Below are positions 1 to 7,491 of a DNA stretch of 64,000 nt, one piece after another. The DNA lies in the IMG/VR virus record IMGVR_UViG_3300031555_003108, positions 27,270-91,269 of that record. One strand, 5' to 3'. The position numbers were made by a program, and so were the translations under genes. Below the pieces are notes generated by a model. That model ran no database searches and was not told where the DNA came from. It saw nothing but the letters and a program-made list of their open reading frames with translations. How positions within the stretch are numbered: position 1 is the stretch's first letter; every line of letters begins with the position of its first letter. Source of the DNA: a virus (Duplodnaviria; Caudoviricetes).

Positions 1-114
1 CTCTCCGAGATGGAGTGCCATAGCAAGGTGCAGAGGGGTTTCATTAGGAAGGGTAGAAGATACATAGAACTCCTCTTCAGGATCATCTACATTAGTTACC
101 TTAAAATATTTCAT
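1..114 (-). CDS. hypothetical protein (partial, runs off window start)
   Basis: ATG at 114 with GAGG RBS; MKYFKVTNVDDPEEEFY...; below ORF-track cutoff. Confidence 0.55.
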   Translation of the reverse strand, partial: MKYFKVTNVDDPEEEFYVSSTLPNETPLHLAMALHLGE

Positions 115-122
115 AAGTTACC

Positions 123-284
123 TCACTTAATTATTATATCATTAATTTCTTTGTCGTAGTAAATCTCAACAAAAGGTTCCGGCCACTGAGTTGCACTCAA
201 GGTGATAGTCGCAGAAGAGCTTACCTTACTCAGGAGCTCCTGTAGTTCTCTTACGTTTCTCGCTGTTCCGATATACTTTTCCAT
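123..284 (-). CDS. small hypothetical protein (53 aa)
   Basis: Manually translated MEKYIGTARNVRELQELL...; GGAGG RBS; packs between neighbours. Confidence 0.6.
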   Translation of the reverse strand: MEKYIGTARNVRELQELLSKVSSSATITLSATQWPEPFVEIYYDKEINDIIIK

Positions 285-287
285 AAG

Positions 288-470
288 TTAATCCTCCTTC
301 TGCTGCACCACAGGGTTAGAAAGCCTGCGATAGATAGTACTAAACTTTAGTTCCAGATCCTGCAGCCAAAGTAAAAGACTTACGTCAGCAGTCTCTGAAG
401 CTACATAGTCTATGATCTCGGAAAGGTCTTCTTTAGCTTCTTCAAGAAGTTGAGTAGTAGGTTTAATCAT
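288..470 (-). CDS. hypothetical protein
   Basis: ORF track; overlaps upstream stop; GGAGG RBS. Confidence 0.65.
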   Translation of the reverse strand: MIKPTTQLLEEAKEDLSEIIDYVASETADVSLLLWLQDLELKFSTIYRRLSNPVVQQKED

Positions 471-685
471 TTATTGTCCTCCCTTTTGTATCCGGCTTCG
501 GTAATCACTCTGCAGAGAAAAGGTAAGTAAGCCTTCTCAAGAATCTGGTTAATAACTTCTATAGCTCTGGAATCTGGATTAATCTCTTCCCCGGTATCGA
601 GTCTAAAAACAGGTTCTACGTTTGCGGTGCTACTCTTATCGAGAAGCAGCTGATAGAGTTCATTATATCTTTCTTCGTTTGTCAT
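467..685 (-). CDS. hypothetical protein
   Basis: ORF track; GGAGGAA RBS; coupled to upstream gene. Confidence 0.7.
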   Translation of the reverse strand: MTNEERYNELYQLLLDKSSTANVEPVFRLDTGEEINPDSRAIEVINQILEKAYLPFLCRVITEAGYKREDNK

Positions 686-933
686 ACTTCCTCCAAGGTT
701 CCGCAGAGCTTCGCAATCATAAGCAAAGCTTCATGCTCAGTCTTAAATACTGTCTTACCCCAAGTGTAAGTCTTTCCGAAATCTTTATGACCTCTCAACT
801 TGATCCGGATACTTCTGGTAGTGAAGCCGACCATCTCTACCTTATCAGATCGACACCAGTACTTAGATCCAACTGAATCGATGTACCACACATCATCTCC
901 GGGATAACAGGGGAATTCATATTTGATTGCCAT
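682..933 (-). CDS. conserved small phage protein (PGD.VWYI...VFKT..EA type)
   Basis: Likely start MAIKYEF with GGAGG RBS. Confidence 0.65.
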   Translation of the reverse strand: MAIKYEFPCYPGDDVWYIDSVGSKYWCRSDKVEMVGFTTRSIRIKLRGHKDFGKTYTWGKTVFKTEHEALLMIAKLCGTLEEV

Positions 934-1075
934 CTTTAGAAGCCTCCTTAGTTGCATCAGCCTCGATAGCTTTCATAACTCTGAGAGCCGCTCGGTAATC
1001 TACGCAGTCTTCGTCACAAGTCTTGCACTTACCGTGCTGACAGATAGCTCTTGCTATAAGTTCTGCATTAATCAT
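917..1075 (-). CDS. small Cys-rich hypothetical protein
   Basis: Likely start MINAEL with GGAGGA RBS; C-x4-CxxC-x3-C. Confidence 0.6.
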   Translation of the reverse strand: MINAELIARAICQHGKCKTCDEDCVDYRAALRVMKAIEADATKEASKDGNQI

Positions 1076-1382
1076 CTTCTTTATCCTCCAGCTTCTCAAT
1101 TCTTGCTTCAAGAGCTCTTATGTATTCTCTATCTATCTGATTTGCCTCGACAAGTTCTTGTACAAGAGCATACATAGAATCATCTCGCTTTTGCTTCTTC
1201 TCGAGCAACTCAATTCTATCATGATTATATTCTACTCTAGCCATAACAAGCCAGACATAAGCTGAAGCAAGCCAGAGACATGCGGATATTCCCTCTCCTC
1301 TAATAAGGTTGAAGACGAACATGCCAAAAGCAATTGTTCCGGCAACTAAACCAAACCACTGTGTTTTCCAAAAGCTTACCAT
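1068..1382 (-). CDS. membrane protein (2 TM + coiled coil)
   Basis: Two hydrophobic stretches; likely start MVSFWK with AAGGAG RBS. Confidence 0.65.
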   Translation of the reverse strand: MVSFWKTQWFGLVAGTIAFGMFVFNLIRGEGISACLWLASAYVWLVMARVEYNHDRIELLEKKQKRDDSMYALVQELVEANQIDREYIRALEARIEKLEDKEDD

Positions 1383-1383
1383 A

Positions 1384-1611
1384 TCAATACTCCTTAAATT
1401 TAATTGCTGCAATTTCGGATACAGCTACCGTGAGTTTGCCGAAAGTGATATTCGAACATGCCGGCTCTTCGTAACCGAGACTGTTCTCAATACCCCTTCT
1501 CATTTCGTTAATCGCCCGGAATGCTTGTTTGTTTTTCTTATCTACTTTAATAGTATCTTCTACAGCCACTCCAGATTTCAGAATACAAGTCAGTGTTACT
1601 TTCTTTTTCAT
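1384..1611 (-). CDS. hypothetical protein
   Basis: Likely start MKKKVT, coupled to upstream stop. Confidence 0.65.
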   Translation of the reverse strand: MKKKVTLTCILKSGVAVEDTIKVDKKNKQAFRAINEMRRGIENSLGYEEPACSNITFGKLTVAVSEIAAIKFKEY

Positions 1612-1889
1612 TAGTCGTCTCCCCACTTAATCAGAATATAGTTTTCGTAGCCATTAGGTCCATCGTAGTAAACGTGCTCTGCTTCGAAGCCTTGCTCCTC
1701 AAGCTGTCTTACTACCTCGGCTCCAACTTTATCAGGATTAATAACTCCCTCGAAACTTACTGTAGTATGGAAATGTCCGTTATTGATCGCGTCCTGAATC
1801 GGGATTCCGGTATTGTTGATAATAAACTCTTTAGCCATAACAACAAGTCTGTCGTTAGTTGCTGCTCTTGCTTCTTTTGCACTTATCAT
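1611..1889 (-). CDS. hypothetical protein
   Basis: ORF track; tight packing. Confidence 0.7.
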   Translation of the reverse strand: MISAKEARAATNDRLVVMAKEFIINNTGIPIQDAINNGHFHTTVSFEGVINPDKVGAEVVRQLEEQGFEAEHVYYDGPNGYENYILIKWGDD

Positions 1890-2044
1890 TTGTCTTCTTC
1901 CTTTCTGGGTTCAGAGGCAGTGCAGTTTTCTGTTGCCTTCTCTCTTCTTGCTTTCTTACATGCTTCACACAGATCCTGAAGCTTTTCGAAATCCTGCGCC
2001 ATCCACTTATTAGGAAAGGCGTATCTGTCAGTATCCTTGTACAT
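1886..2044 (-). CDS. small hypothetical protein (52 aa)
   Basis: Manually translated MYKDTDRYAFPNKW...; fills the gap and overlaps both neighbours. Confidence 0.55.
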   Translation of the reverse strand: MYKDTDRYAFPNKWMAQDFEKLQDLCEACKKARREKATENCTASEPRKEEDK

Positions 2045-2439
2045 TATTCTTCATCCTCCTGCTGATGATTAGTCATATACTTTCCGCAGTGAGGGCAGAA
2101 CTTAGAAGCAGTACTTCTACCACGATAATCATTTAGAGCAGAGTAACCACAGTTTGAGCAGACGAATACTATATCTTCTCCAGTAATCGCTCTGCACTGC
2201 AAGGTATCCCACTCAGCTTCAGTATCCTTGAGTTCCTGAGGTGGAATTACTTCAATTACCTCGAGAGTAATAGAAGCATCAGCAAGGTACTTTCTTTTTC
2301 GCAGTGTATCGATCATTTCCTCGGCTGCTTCTTTCCAGTGATAGATCTGAGCTTTTCTGAGTTGATGATCGAAGTGAGCATTACCGCACCAATAGCCGCC
2401 GGCACTTGTCTTTATAACCCAATTTCCTTTAGTCTTCAT
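2044..2439 (-). CDS. zinc-ribbon protein
   Basis: C-terminal CSNCG...FCPHCG. Confidence 0.7.
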   Translation of the reverse strand: MKTKGNWVIKTSAGGYWCGNAHFDHQLRKAQIYHWKEAAEEMIDTLRKRKYLADASITLEVIEVIPPQELKDTEAEWDTLQCRAITGEDIVFVCSNCGYSALNDYRGRSTASKFCPHCGKYMTNHQQEDEE

Positions 2440-2669
2440 CAGTCTTCCCTCCAAACTTTCATTCCTGCAGGATAGCCATTCTCGAATCTATACTCCTTAT
2501 AAACTGTGAAGTTCTCATCTACCTCACAAATAGTGCAAGTACCTTTATTACACCACCAGTCAGCATAATTAGGAACTTCCTTTTTTGCTTCATCGAGAGT
2601 GTCACAAATTTTCTTATAACTAAAGTCACGCTCATTGTTAGTTGTTTGTATCAAGTAATAACGTTTCAT
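2439..2669 (-). CDS. hypothetical protein
   Basis: ORF track; GGAGG RBS. Confidence 0.7.
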   Translation of the reverse strand: MKRYYLIQTTNNERDFSYKKICDTLDEAKKEVPNYADWWCNKGTCTICEVDENFTVYKEYRFENGYPAGMKVWRED

Positions 2670-3118
2670 TCTTTAACCTCCTTAGTTGCTTCGAGAACAG
2701 CTTCAGTAAATTCGAGGAGACTTCCAACCTCAACAGTTTCAGTTTCGAAGGGCACCTTGCCATAAGTCTTTTTCAGGGCTTTAAGATACAGCTCTCGATA
2801 TCTTGCCTGGTCCTCAGAGGCTCCAGAATCTCCTGTATCGCATTTTGTTTCTTTTTGAGTATTGGTAATAGCCCCAGAGCTTTCCTCACAGCAGTGAAGG
2901 TTTTCGGGGCCTCTGGACACAAGCACAAGATATTCCTCAGGCCACCAGCCTGTAAAGCCGTCCACTCTGTATTCAGGACCTCCGCTTGATCCACAGCCTT
3001 TTCTTGAGATTATTTTGCCGCCATTTACTACGGCCTCAAACATACCTATCTTACTTGGGCTGAAGACTGAGCCATATACAAAGGATACATGATCTCCTTT
3101 ATTAAACTTAAATTCCAT
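2666..3118 (-). CDS. hypothetical protein, paralog family with N-terminal KOW/SH3-like domain
   Basis: FKFNKGDHVSF matches YKYNVGDYVRF and YKYKVGNYVKF of the two upstream genes. Confidence 0.7.
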   Translation of the reverse strand: MEFKFNKGDHVSFVYGSVFSPSKIGMFEAVVNGGKIISRKGCGSSGGPEYRVDGFTGWWPEEYLVLVSRGPENLHCCEESSGAITNTQKETKCDTGDSGASEDQARYRELYLKALKKTYGKVPFETETVEVGSLLEFTEAVLEATKEVKE

Positions 3119-3119
3119 C

Positions 3120-3593
3120 TTAAGTCTCCTCGATTACAAGACCGTCAAGGTCATAGATTTCCATACTCTCGTTCATAGCATCAAAGAAACATTTCTTCAT
3201 TGCTCGCAGGTCATCAGGAGTAAGCTTAGCAGAGAAAGAAATCCTGTACCACTTTGCTTCCTCAAGAGGAAGAACATCAAGCTCAGACTCGCCAGAATCG
3301 TCTGTATCGCCTTTTGTCTCAGTGCCCTGTAAAGTACCTACCTCAGCATCCAAAGCAAGCTGTGCGTGAAATTCGGACTCCGTGGCAAGTCCTGCAAAAC
3401 AAGACTCTCTGTATGCACCACAGATGTTATTATCAAGATAGTAATGAGGCTTGTTATTATAGGAAGGGGCAATTCCTGTTATCTTCGCTATAGTTCCCTC
3501 TCTGCCTACGAGGCCTGTAGAAGAAGGGGAATTGAACTTATCCTTAAACCTTACGTAATCTCCTACGTTATACTTATAAGTAATGTTTCTCAT
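3120..3593 (-). CDS. hypothetical protein, paralog family with N-terminal KOW/SH3-like domain
   Basis: GT(I/V)AKITG.AP.YN..PHYY shared with 3619-3894. Confidence 0.75.
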   Translation of the reverse strand: MRNITYKYNVGDYVRFKDKFNSPSSTGLVGREGTIAKITGIAPSYNNKPHYYLDNNICGAYRESCFAGLATESEFHAQLALDAEVGTLQGTETKGDTDDSGESELDVLPLEEAKWYRISFSAKLTPDDLRAMKKCFFDAMNESMEIYDLDGLVIEET

Positions 3594-3618
3594 CTCTTTA
3601 ATTCCTCTCTGATGTTAA

Positions 3619-3894
3619 TTATGAGTTCAGGGCCATGTAAAGTATAGTAGCTACCTCAGGGTCTCCACCTGCCTCTGCACGAAGGTCAGCCATCTTAGCA
3701 AGTCTCTCAAATACAGTTTCAGGGAAAACTTCATCCTTGACTCCGTTAATATAATAATGAGGCTCGTTGTAAGGCGGAGCAAAGCCTGTAATCTTCGCAA
3801 CTGTTCCTGCCCTCTCCTCGAGTCCACAAGTGGGGTTAGTGAACTTAGCTTTGAATTTTACATAGTTTCCTACCTTGTATTTATAATCAAGCAT
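3619..3894 (-). CDS. hypothetical protein, paralog of 3120-3593
   Basis: Clear N-terminal similarity; GGAGG RBS; first gene after a promoter. Confidence 0.75.
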   Translation of the reverse strand: MLDYKYKVGNYVKFKAKFTNPTCGLEERAGTVAKITGFAPPYNEPHYYINGVKDEVFPETVFERLAKMADLRAEAGGDPEVATILYMALNS

Positions 3895-3928
3895 CTTTTG
3901 TAATCCTCCAAGTTTCGTTTACATTTAT

Positions 3929-3990
3929 ATTATACCACATAATTGCTACCCTGATATTATATAAATGTAAACGAATTGTGAATATGTAAA
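3929..3990 (-). promoter_or_regulatory. promoter with 11-bp-phased hexamer array
   Basis: TTCACA-5-TTTACA-5-ATAATA-5-GTAGCA-5-GTGG-TATAAT. Confidence 0.7.
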
Positions 3991-4206
3991 TTATTTGAAA
4001 TTCTTCCAAACAACCTCATTAATGTCGTCGTTATCTTCTGGCATATAGACTACTTCCGTGTATTTAAGTCCGGGAATTTTTTCCGCAGCGAGTCTCTCTG
4101 CACCCGTGATAGCATCTTCTTTAGTTTTGTAGGCACAGGCAGGGCGAAGGTTATCTTTAGCAGGTCCTGCATTTACGATGTAGTCAAACTTATCAGTCTT
4201 CTTCAT
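3991..4206 (-). CDS. hypothetical protein
   Basis: Likely start MKKTDKF. Confidence 0.65.
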   Translation of the reverse strand: MKKTDKFDYIVNAGPAKDNLRPACAYKTKEDAITGAERLAAEKIPGLKYTEVVYMPEDNDDINEVVWKNFK

Positions 4207-4408
4207 CTTCTTCGTCCTCCTCAAAGAGTTCATTAGCTTCTGCCATTGCTTTAACATCGTCCTCGCTCATCCACTCGAGAGCCATAAGAGCAACGTCTTT
4301 AGGGTCAAGCAACCCCTCGTCGATCATCTCAAGAATTTTATTAGTGGTTTTACGTACAGGAGGTTTAGGCATCAAATCCTCCCACCATTGTCTAATCAAA
4401 GGTCTCAT
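4193..4408 (-). CDS. hypothetical protein
   Basis: ORF track; acidic tail; may start at MPKP. Confidence 0.7.
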   Translation of the reverse strand: MRPLIRQWWEDLMPKPPVRKTTNKILEMIDEGLLDPKDVALMALEWMSEDDVKAMAEANELFEEDEEDEED

Positions 4409-4713
4409 TCTTCTTCCTCCTCATCAAAATCGATATAGTCTTCAAGGTCTTCTTTACAGGTTATAGGTGTCGGGGTTTCAAGAGTTCCCATCGAGCGGTC
4501 GTAGAGATAGTAGCTATCGTCAGGACAATCGCTCTCATAAACAGCAGTAAGAATATGTACAGCCATCTGAAGATTCTCTTCGTCAATCTCGTGTTTGGCC
4601 ATAGCAATCAGACCATCTTCTGAGTGTACATCATCAAGATGACCGTAAGCCCACTCAAGAAGTTCTTCAAAGGTCAGGGCATCAAAATGTTTTCGTTTCA
4701 TTCTTGGCATCAT
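4405..4713 (-). CDS. acidic hypothetical protein
   Basis: ORF track; GGAGGAA RBS. Confidence 0.75.
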   Translation of the reverse strand: MMPRMKRKHFDALTFEELLEWAYGHLDDVHSEDGLIAMAKHEIDEENLQMAVHILTAVYESDCPDDSYYLYDRSMGTLETPTPITCKEDLEDYIDFDEEEEE

Positions 4714-4748
4714 AATTAAGTTCCTCCGTTAATTTATCTTACATATAT

Positions 4749-4812
4749 ATTATATCACATTTGAAAAATAATGTGCTACACAATTTGTTATATTTTGTAA
4801 ACAAACTGCAAA
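4749..4812 (-). promoter_or_regulatory. promoter with phased hexamer array
   Basis: TTTGCA-5-TTTACA-4-ATAACA-6-GTAGCA upstream of TG-A-TATAAT. Confidence 0.6.
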
Positions 4813-4813
4813 T

Positions 4814-4858
4814 AAAAAAGAGCTCCGGAGGTTTAATTACCCTCAAGAGCTCTTTTTT
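4814..4858. terminator. bidirectional intrinsic terminator
   Basis: AAAAAAGAGCTC...GAGCTCTTTTTT inverted repeat. Confidence 0.75.
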
Positions 4859-4865
4859 ACTTTAT

Positions 4866-5441
4866 TTAGTTTTCTTCGATTTTTTCAGGTTCCTCATCAA
4901 CAGGCTCATCTACAGGTTCTACAAAGAAACTAAGAGAACAATCACAGGATTTAACAAGTGTACCATCAACTTCTACATAAGGACTGGAGTCATAGCCACG
5001 GTATCCCCAATACTCATATGATCCAATACCACTATCTTCGTGGCTAATATGATCAACTATAACTTCGATAGTCTCTTCCTCATCTACATCTGCAATGTCT
5101 AATGTAACTTTATAACCGTCTATGATGGTAGCAAGAGTCTTAAATGCTTTCTTTGCATCTTCATAAATAGAATCTACGTATTCTACCTCATAGCCGGGGT
5201 CTCTCTTGGCGTCGTCTTCATCATCACAAGTCCAAGATGCCTTACGACTTACACTAACAAAATCTGTATGAGAGACATAGATTAGAAGCTCGCCCGTCAT
5301 ATCATCTACTTCAACCTCAGTAAGCTCAAAGTTGACCTCAGAAGAGAAAATACTCTCTGAGTTAATTGTTTTTAGGAGAGCTTCCGCAAATGATCTTTGC
5401 TCCTGTGCAGACAAAGTCGCAAAATTCTCTATAATCGACAT
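4866..5441 (-). CDS. acidic protein under late promoter (possible head-packaged protein)
   Basis: Own late promoter and terminator; N-terminal MSIIE. Confidence 0.7.
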   Translation of the reverse strand: MSIIENFATLSAQEQRSFAEALLKTINSESIFSSEVNFELTEVEVDDMTGELLIYVSHTDFVSVSRKASWTCDDEDDAKRDPGYEVEYVDSIYEDAKKAFKTLATIIDGYKVTLDIADVDEEETIEVIVDHISHEDSGIGSYEYWGYRGYDSSPYVEVDGTLVKSCDCSLSFFVEPVDEPVDEEPEKIEEN

Positions 5442-5501
5442 AATCGTAATCTCCTTAATTTATTATTTATTATATTAAAGTAGGATAACTTTAATACTAC
5501 A

Positions 5502-5511
5502 TAATTTAGCA
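5502..5511 (-). promoter_or_regulatory. putative late promoter TGCTAAATTA
   Basis: Same motif precedes the structural operons. Confidence 0.7.
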
Positions 5512-5538
5512 TTAAAATTACCCTTAACTTTTATCTAA

Positions 5539-6405
5539 TTAAGTAAGACCAGCTTCGAAGGAAGCAAAATAGCTGGCCGGCACGTGGCTTCTTATCTTAT
5601 CAATGCTCTGCTTCTTGCCAAACTGGAAACCATAGTTGTCGACAAGATCCCAGATGAAAGAAGTATCAGAAATAGCTTTTCCATTCTGACTAAGATATTT
5701 TGTCAGAAAAGCAGGCATATTTGTTGCTTTAGTGGAAATATTAGCCTTCATACTTAAAGCCCACTGCATTGCGAACCCGTTAATAGTTCTCTTCTTAGAG
5801 TCTACAACTGTAGGCTTATAGTCAGTTCCAAACTGTCTTTCAAAAGACGACAACAGATAGTCAGGCATTGCAGCAGAAAAGCTCGTAGCATTTTTTGTAA
5901 GCCAACCAAGAGAATAATAAAATTCATCTGCGGTACTTACAGGTCTATCCACCTGAGTAAGAGCTTCAAAATCCCTAAGAGCCTTTGCTTTAGCTTTCTC
6001 ATATTTCTCTTCGTTCTTCCGATCTTCTTCTGCTTTCTTCCTTGCTGCCTTAGCTTCTTCACAAGCCTGTCTATCAGCAAGTCGTTGAGCTTGTTCACGT
6101 TCGATGAAGTCTGCCTTATATACAGACTGAGCCTCAAGAAGAGTATTGAGCAGAATTTCAGGCATCTCAAGCAAGTTATGCGTAAGCACAACATCCAAAG
6201 CAATGGTCTTGGTACCGGCAGATGTGAAATCAATAGTAGCATACAAACTACCGCCGGTCAAAGGTGCTTTAACAAAAGTAAGCTGGCCTTCGCCGTAGGT
6301 TCTGTGCTTTACTGTGAAAGGATAAGCAAGAGCAGCGAGATCAGAGTTGATAGCATTTCTAAGATCTTCAGCGGTGGTGTAGTCAATGTTGTTGTAAGTA
6401 GTCAT
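5539..6405 (-). CDS. early protein with PcrA/UvrD C-terminal Tudor-like domain and coiled coil
   Basis: VKHRTYGEGQL...IDF...GTKTI resembles the V.H..FG.G.V...F...G.K motif. Confidence 0.6.
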   Translation of the reverse strand: MTTYNNIDYTTAEDLRNAINSDLAALAYPFTVKHRTYGEGQLTFVKAPLTGGSLYATIDFTSAGTKTIALDVVLTHNLLEMPEILLNTLLEAQSVYKADFIEREQAQRLADRQACEEAKAARKKAEEDRKNEEKYEKAKAKALRDFEALTQVDRPVSTADEFYYSLGWLTKNATSFSAAMPDYLLSSFERQFGTDYKPTVVDSKKRTINGFAMQWALSMKANISTKATNMPAFLTKYLSQNGKAISDTSFIWDLVDNYGFQFGKKQSIDKIRSHVPASYFASFEAGLT

Positions 6406-6465
6406 AGCAAGTTCCTCTTTCGTAAAAAATAAAAATTATTTCTGTAAGTTATTGTCCTCCATAAC

Positions 6466-6509
6466 TTACATATATATTATAACATACTTTTGCCCGTTTG
6501 TAAACTGAC
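6466..6509 (-). promoter_or_regulatory. strong early sigmaA-type promoter
   Basis: GTCAG-TTTACA-N17-TATAAT-ATATATGTAA; near-identical copies at 9356, 10376 and 15826. Confidence 0.85.
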
Positions 6510-6541
6510 GAAATAAACAAAATTTCATAAAATTCAAAAGA

Positions 6542-6570
6542 AAAACCTGTGTAGTTTTATACACAGGTTT
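6542..6570. terminator. intrinsic terminator
   Basis: AAACCTGTGTA...TACACAGGTTT. Confidence 0.7.
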
Positions 6571-6595
6571 AATAATTTATTAAATTGATAATTTA

Positions 6596-7366
6596 TTAGT
6601 TCTCTACGTACTCCCAATGATAACCACCAGCAGTTAAGTTAGGATTCTTGCAGCACTCAGCTACGTGTCTAATATTAAGTTGCTTAAAAACATCATGTGC
6701 GCTTCTAAACGTACTACCAGTCTCTACACACAGCACCGCTCGACAACGAGTACAGTTCTCAGTCATTTTCTTTCGACGTTCTTCATCATGCCGGTAGCCG
6801 AGAGCATTAGTATTACCTTTGCTACTCTCAGCGAGCTTGAGCTTTACCTCCTCAGTGTGATGCTTACCTTTTATCCACGGTGTTGAACCGAGTTTTGCTT
6901 TACTCATTTTTTCTCGTGACACTTCAGACACAATCTTATCTTTATGAACGCGACTAACATCAGCCACAAACTCTTGGTATAGCTCTAAATAAATATTTGG
7001 GTCTACTTGATCTAGGTTATCAGACAAGGCAACTCCTCTTAGCATCAATCCTAAAGCATTTACCATGCCAGTATGTAATCTACCAGAAGAACAAAGACTA
7101 AGATAGTAGTGCGCCAGTATATGTTGGTCATGTGTTAAATATACTGTTTGATTGGCTGCAGCGATTGAGAATATCATAGCTTCTTTTCTTGTTTTGCAGT
7201 TATGCTTGTACTTAAAATAACACACTGGTATGACATGATGTTTTGCTGTTTTAAAAGATTCCTGCTCTTGAGATTCTGCATCTTTAATCAGTTTACAGTA
7301 CTGATCTAAGTAATTGTTATCAATAATTTCGTCTAGACCAATTAAAAGGTCTCTAATCTTTTGCAT
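6596..7366 (-). CDS. free-standing HNH homing endonuclease with NUMOD3-like repeats
   Basis: KHHVIP...LTHDQHILAHYYL; KHHTEEVKLKL / RHDEERRKKM NUMOD3-like; C-terminal VLCVETG...YHWEY. Confidence 0.8.
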   Translation of the reverse strand: MQKIRDLLIGLDEIIDNNYLDQYCKLIKDAESQEQESFKTAKHHVIPVCYFKYKHNCKTRKEAMIFSIAAANQTVYLTHDQHILAHYYLSLCSSGRLHTGMVNALGLMLRGVALSDNLDQVDPNIYLELYQEFVADVSRVHKDKIVSEVSREKMSKAKLGSTPWIKGKHHTEEVKLKLAESSKGNTNALGYRHDEERRKKMTENCTRCRAVLCVETGSTFRSAHDVFKQLNIRHVAECCKNPNLTAGGYHWEYVEN

Positions 7367-7373
7367 AGAAAAA

Positions 7374-7473
7374 GATGCTCCTTAATCCTGATGTTCATTA
7401 GCGGGCGCGCCAACACCAGAACTAAAGAGCATCATTATATTAGTGCTTCTCAACACTCATATAATTTAGCAAA
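7374..7473 (-). promoter_or_regulatory. late promoter followed by structured leader hiding the HNH RBS
   Basis: TTTGCTAAATTA (7462-7473); GAGA-tetraloop hairpin; 22-bp stem whose 3' arm contains AAGGAG. Confidence 0.75.
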
Positions 7474-7491
7474 TGTTCTCTAGCAAATTTA

